A stretch of 64,000 nucleotides of DNA from an uncultured delta proteobacterium (lineage in GTDB: Bacteria; Desulfobacterota; Binatia; UBA9968): positions 1,582,780 through 1,646,779 of the forward strand of contig CAVSHR010000004.1 in the NCBI GenBank assembly GCA_963727625.1, written 5' to 3'. Below are positions 59,560 through 64,000 of this stretch, one piece after another. The position numbers were made by a program, and so were the translations under genes. Each line of letters starts with the position of its first letter. Positions within the stretch are counted from its first letter, which is position 1. The notes below the pieces were generated by a model, which saw only the letters and a program-made list of their open reading frames with translations, was not told the DNA's origin and ran no database searches.

Positions 59560-59832
59560 CTGAAACTTAGACCACAGGTCTCCCCCCGTGCAGCATCAGC
59601 GCGCTCGCCGCCGTGGAGGACTTCCAGTATGGCCTCCGGAATCTCTCCATTTGGAATTTTCCTCGCTTGGTCGTCTTGGCCTTAATGCCTTCTGGTCGAC
59701 GGATAGCCGGCTAAAAAATCATTGACATCCAGGGTCGTTAGGATGTAGCAGACGTGGCAAACAGCCAATGAAGCGTGTTTCCCGATAGTGTCAGGTATCA
59801 CAAACCGAAGCCCCATTTCAGGAGCGCGTGCA

Positions 59833-60828
59833 ATGAGACTCTCAACGGCTAATTCACTCATACTGTGCGGAGTTGTATTGATTTTTGGCTATCAGCCCGC
59901 GCGCGCCGCAACGGCTCTCACCAAAGTTGTCATGACCACCGGCTCCTTGAGCGAGCGTGAAGGCGCGCTCTACATCGCTCAAGATCAGGGCTTCTTCCGC
60001 AAGTACGGCCTCGACGTCAACCTGGTGCAGGTGCGCAATGGCCCTGTCGGCATGTCCGCCTTGAGCTCCGGCGAGTCCCTCGCGCACTGGGGCTCTGTCT
60101 CTGGCGCGAACCTCGGAGCGATTGCGGAAGGCGCCGACCTGGTCTTTGCCGCCGGCTTCATCAACAAACTGACCGGAACCTTTGTCGCCAACCCGAAAAT
60201 CAAAACCCCGGCGGAATTGAAGGGCAAGAGTCTCGGCGTCAACAGTTTGAGCGGCGGCGCGTGGATCTTCACTATGCTGACGCTGGACCACTGGGGACTG
60301 CGTCCCGACCGGGATAATATTCAGATCCGCGCCCTCGGCGACAATTCGGTGGTCTCGCAGGCGCTATTGGCCGGCAACGTCGACGGCGCCTACTTGGGCT
60401 ACACCTTCAGCAAGATGGTGCAGAGCAAGGGGTTCCGCATGCTCGCCGACATGGCGAAGCTGCCCATCCCCTATCAGGGATCGGGGATCATCACCCGGCG
60501 CAGCGCCATCGCCTCGTCCCCGGCCACGCTCGAAAACGTGATTAGAGCTCTGCTCGACAGCGTCGCCTTTATCCGCAACCCCGAAAACAAGCCGCAGGTG
60601 CTGAAAAGCCTGGCCAAAGGGCTTCGCCTCAAGCGCATCGAGGACGCAGAAGAAGGCTATGAAACCATCGTCGGCATCTACGAGAAAAAAATCTATCCCA
60701 GCGTCGACGGCGTCCGAAACGTCATCCGCCTGCTCGGCGCCACCAACCCAAAGGTCCGCCGCCTCAAGGCCGAGGACTTGGTGGACGACAGCGTGGTGAG
60801 GAAATTAGAAAAGGAAGGCCGGTTCTAG
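59833..60828 (+). CDS. NitT/TauT (SsuA/THI5-like) ABC substrate-binding protein, no permease in window
   Basis: Signal peptide, IAQDQGFFRKYGLDV, ELKGK.LG, LVDDS.V..LEKEG. Confidence 0.85.
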   Translation: MRLSTANSLILCGVVLIFGYQPARAATALTKVVMTTGSLSEREGALYIAQDQGFFRKYGLDVNLVQVRNGPVGMSALSSGESLAHWGSVSGANLGAIAEGADLVFAAGFINKLTGTFVANPKIKTPAELKGKSLGVNSLSGGAWIFTMLTLDHWGLRPDRDNIQIRALGDNSVVSQALLAGNVDGAYLGYTFSKMVQSKGFRMLADMAKLPIPYQGSGIITRRSAIASSPATLENVIRALLDSVAFIRNPENKPQVLKSLAKGLRLKRIEDAEEGYETIVGIYEKKIYPSVDGVRNVIRLLGATNPKVRRLKAEDLVDDSVVRKLEKEGRF

Positions 60829-61016
60829 AGTCAATGGGATCCTGGGATATGAAAAAATTGCAAGCGGGTCTCCGAAAGTGGCTGAGGGGAGAAAATAAGG
60901 GCGCCTTGAACGTTTTCGTGCGTCGTCTACACCCTCATTGAAACGTCATTCCAGGTTAGCGCGCAAAACCTGACGGCCGCTCCGTACGCAAAGTTCTCAA
61001 GGAAGGGAGATATGAG

Positions 61017-61457
61017 ATGGATTTCGCTACCATAACTGGCGCTATTACGAGTGCAAAGGCCGCCGCTGTCATACTTCAAACTTTGGTAAAACTTAAGCTA
61101 GACAATGAGACCTTGGTTCGAATCAACGACGCGCTGCAAAATGTATTCGAGGTGCAACAGCATCTTTTCAGCGCAAATGAACAATTGTTTAGTTTGCAAA
61201 AAGAGAGAGATGAGCTTCTGCAAAAACTCAAAGCGGCAGACGATTGGGACAAAAGAGCCGCTTGTTACAGAATGGTCGAAACGCCGGCCGGGACCTTTCT
61301 CTGGCAATCAGTCGAGAAGGAGCCTCAGCATTACGCTTGCACGGTCTGCTTCGCTCGGCAGTTTATAATTCCGCTCAATAAACTGGGAGACCGCAACCTT
61401 AAGTGCCCTAGCTGTGGCATGACGTATAAGGAAGGGAAACCAAAGCGCCTGACGTAG
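61017..61457 (+). CDS. Hypothetical coiled-coil protein with C-terminal zinc ribbon
   Basis: PQHYACTVC..KCPSC; purine-rich SD; lower GC. Confidence 0.7.
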   Translation: MDFATITGAITSAKAAAVILQTLVKLKLDNETLVRINDALQNVFEVQQHLFSANEQLFSLQKERDELLQKLKAADDWDKRAACYRMVETPAGTFLWQSVEKEPQHYACTVCFARQFIIPLNKLGDRNLKCPSCGMTYKEGKPKRLT

Positions 61458-61558
61458 TCTAGCGCAACAAATACTATTTGAGTAGACACCGTCACACGAG
61501 CAACGATGGCCGATATTGAGGCTATGCAATATCATCACTGCGGCATAGCAGGCACCAC

Positions 61559-62095
61559 TCACGATTGCGGTGGTTCAATAACGGTTATCGAACCTTTACG
61601 GACCTCCAATAGTTCGCTCTCGAATTCCTTAAGAAGCTGCTTTCGCAGATGATCGATTTTATCCGCTAAATTCTGGCTAATTTGTGACGCGACATCTTTT
61701 TGTGCCTTTGACGTGACTCGAATTTTTTCAAACATCACACACCCAAGGTGAATCGCCAACAGCAATTTAACCTCAGTAGGTCTGAACTTTTTAATTAGTT
61801 TCTCCGCTTTATCGATCGCGCCACATTCGATCAGACCTACAATCAGCCAAAATATCCTGAAATCCCGTTCTTCTGCGCTCAACCCTGGTTCGTCCAATTT
61901 TTTTTGAATTTCCCCCGCTCTATCTTCAAGAATGGAAAGCGCCACGGAGTCCTTTGCGAACAAATAATAAACCATAAAGCTCGTCAGAGGGAATTTCTCA
62001 GAAACTTCACCCGCCGAAAGAAACCCGTTTTTACCAGAAGATAGCCCTCTCACAATTTCTTTGAAAAGATTTACTTTCTCATCAACCTTAACTAG
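61559..62095 (-). pseudogene. 3' part of an AT-rich gene interrupted by IS1380
   Basis: Removing the IS and one ACTAG restores an open frame KGSSTLRSIQYRL|VKVDEKVNLF across 63960-64000. Confidence 0.75.
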
Positions 62096-63959
62096 GCCTG
62101 AAATAAGCGCCAAGCGTCTAAAAGTATGCATGGTCGGTTCATAGGGAGATCCTTGACGGTTCGTAAGCCCATCATGAGCATGCGTTTATATCACAAATCG
62201 GAGCCAGTCGGATGTTGTTGGACGATGAACCGAGGTCGAGAGTGATTTTGAGCGCAGCGCGGCGTGCGTCGGCCCGCGGGAGCAGCCGGATGAGGTCGCG
62301 TCGCAACCGTCTGTTAGGTCTGCAATCGAGCATGAGCGGCGAGGATGTCGGGCAAATACCGATGCGATCCGGCCAGCCGCACCACCAAGCTTCTGCCGAG
62401 CTTGAGAACCTTGGCCGCAATGTAGACAAAGTGGCGGCGAAAGCGCTTCCACTCCCAGCGCACTACCTCCTCGGGCAAGACCAGTTGGGCGATCCACTTG
62501 CCCAGATTCCACGCCAGCCGAGCTATTTCCAGCCACGCCGAGTTGCCCATAAACTCCGCCACCGGCATGCGCCACCCCGCAATGCCGTGACCGAATTGCT
62601 CGATGAGGTTTTCCTGGTCGCAGCGCTGATAGGTCAGATCGACGACCCGCTGAGCCGTGTAAGAACGCGGCAGATCGCTCAGCACCAACCGGTAGCGGAA
62701 ATGGCGAAAGAGCACTCCCTGACCATCGCACTCTTCAATCAAAATCCGCCGCACGATCAGGCGACACGGAAAGGGCACCCCGGCGGGCTGATAGTCGATC
62801 TCGCTGATCCACTGCTGAAGCGTGCTCAACGTGCGGTACCCTCGCTGTTGGGCTTTGGTTTTGCGGTAGTTGGGGGTGCGCCCCTCACGACTAGACCCGG
62901 CTGGCTTGTTGCGCTCGGCGCGCGGACAAAATCGCTGCCAACGCTTCTCCGCAATCGCCTCGGCCAGCGCGGCGCGATTGGGATGCAGCTTGGCCCCAAT
63001 GGCAAAGTACGCCCCCTGCTCGATCACCGCCTGGTACACGTCGGCCCGATCAAAGTCGGTATCGCCCCGCACAATGGCGCTTTTGAAATGGCGCTTCACC
63101 CGTGGCAAAACTTCCTTGAGAGCCTCGGCGGCGCCGTCCGCAGCATGCCCGCTGCCTGGCTGATTGACCACCTTGAGGCACTCCCCACTGCCACCCAGCG
63201 TCACCACCAACGGCTGATACGACCAACGCCCGTCGTAGCTAAAATCCGCCCCCTCTTTCTGCACCCCGTACAGGGGCTTGATGTGACCATCGAGATCCAC
63301 CAGCGCCATCTCGTGCTTCTTCCTGTGACGACGTACCGGGGCGGGCAACTTCGACCACACCGCCTCTTGCACCTCGTCGCCCACCCCACTCAACTGCTCC
63401 AAATCTTGTGCGCTCTTAAACCGACGCAGAAAATCTCCCGCCGTCGTCGGGTCCGGAATCCGACACGCTCCCACCAGTCTTCGAATCGCCTCGCTCCCTT
63501 GCAGCACCGCCTGGTCCTCCAGACATGTCCCATCGGCATAAAGCGTGTACATCAGCGCCAGCACATGGTCCGACTCAAAGTAGGGGGCATGACGCCTAAA
63601 CAACACCAGGGCCTGGTCCAACCGCTGCGCAACCCGAAACCGCCGGACAAACTGCTGCGCCAAGACCAAACCTCCATAATGCGTAATGTTACCTCGTGGA
63701 TCGCTCTCAAGATGGAGCAGCGGATGGCGCATCACCCGCCCTTGAGTCTCGGGCCACGGAAGTTCGGCAGGATCGATGCTCGTACCGGAATTGACGTGAC
63801 TTGCACGTCCAAATGCGATAGATATTTTCACTTGGGAGCCCTCTGCTTTTTGGGGTTACGTTGCTGTGTGGCAACTCTTCGTATACCTCATTTCAGAGGG
63901 CTTTTCCCGTTTTTAAATCCACCTCAACAAATTTTCCTGTCCACAGCGCTTATTTGAGG
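62096..63959 (-). mobile_element. IS1380-family insertion sequence
   Basis: Terminal IRs CCTGAAATAAGCGC (62097-62110) and GCGCTTATTTGAGG (63946-63959); 5-bp direct repeat ACTAG at 62091-62095 and 63960-63964. Confidence 0.9.
62314..63831 (-). CDS. IS1380-family DDE transposase
   Basis: ITHYGGL, PDPTT.GDFLRRF, VDLDG, SYQPL, RGD, QR.DQEN.I.Q, N.AW..IA.LAWNL. Confidence 0.9.
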   Translation of the reverse strand: MKISIAFGRASHVNSGTSIDPAELPWPETQGRVMRHPLLHLESDPRGNITHYGGLVLAQQFVRRFRVAQRLDQALVLFRRHAPYFESDHVLALMYTLYADGTCLEDQAVLQGSEAIRRLVGACRIPDPTTAGDFLRRFKSAQDLEQLSGVGDEVQEAVWSKLPAPVRRHRKKHEMALVDLDGHIKPLYGVQKEGADFSYDGRWSYQPLVVTLGGSGECLKVVNQPGSGHAADGAAEALKEVLPRVKRHFKSAIVRGDTDFDRADVYQAVIEQGAYFAIGAKLHPNRAALAEAIAEKRWQRFCPRAERNKPAGSSREGRTPNYRKTKAQQRGYRTLSTLQQWISEIDYQPAGVPFPCRLIVRRILIEECDGQGVLFRHFRYRLVLSDLPRSYTAQRVVDLTYQRCDQENLIEQFGHGIAGWRMPVAEFMGNSAWLEIARLAWNLGKWIAQLVLPEEVVRWEWKRFRRHFVYIAAKVLKLGRSLVVRLAGSHRYLPDILAAHARLQT

Positions 63960-64000
63960 ACTAGTCGATATTGGATCGAACGAAGAGTACTGCTACCCTT

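Noticed and set aside
60830-61016. tRNA or att site at the GC-content boundary
   Set aside because: No cloverleaf, integrase or direct repeat recognised
62212-63957. 581-aa plus-strand ORF
   Set aside because: Antisense shadow of the IS1380 transposase with no motifs

Overview
GC-rich bacterial chromosomal window. Gene style suggests a Candidatus Binatota/deltaproteobacterium-like host (inference only). Five blocks. (1) 1-18.7 kb: LPS/lipid A and surface-glycan locus (waaA, cytochrome P450, tandem Kdo/WaaP-type kinase, deacetylase, GT4, beta-propeller, LpxL-like; divergently PAP2, ArnT-like, sulfotransferase, four GT2, GT4). (2) 18.8-21 kb: a sigma54-promoter operon of small genes, including three small ORFs missing from the ORF track and a nonsense-disrupted thioredoxin. 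(3) 21-32.5 kb: ABC-F, a PQQ sugar dehydrogenase and FtsH among many gene remnants. (4) 32.8-53.3 kb: the most interesting block, a tightly coupled operon of a STAND-type class III nucleotide cyclase, a thioesterase-less 4-module NRPS with unusual A and C domains, a secreted S33-like hydrolase and a small basic protein, converging on a sigma54 activator with a cNMP-type GAF domain. (5) 53.5-64 kb: orphan CbbQ/NorQ + VWA pair, MAPEG, amidohydrolase, NitT/TauT binding protein, and an IS1380 with a 5-bp target duplication interrupting an AT-rich gene. No rRNA, tRNA or CRISPR array was recognised. All assignments come from reading motifs by eye, not from database searches.
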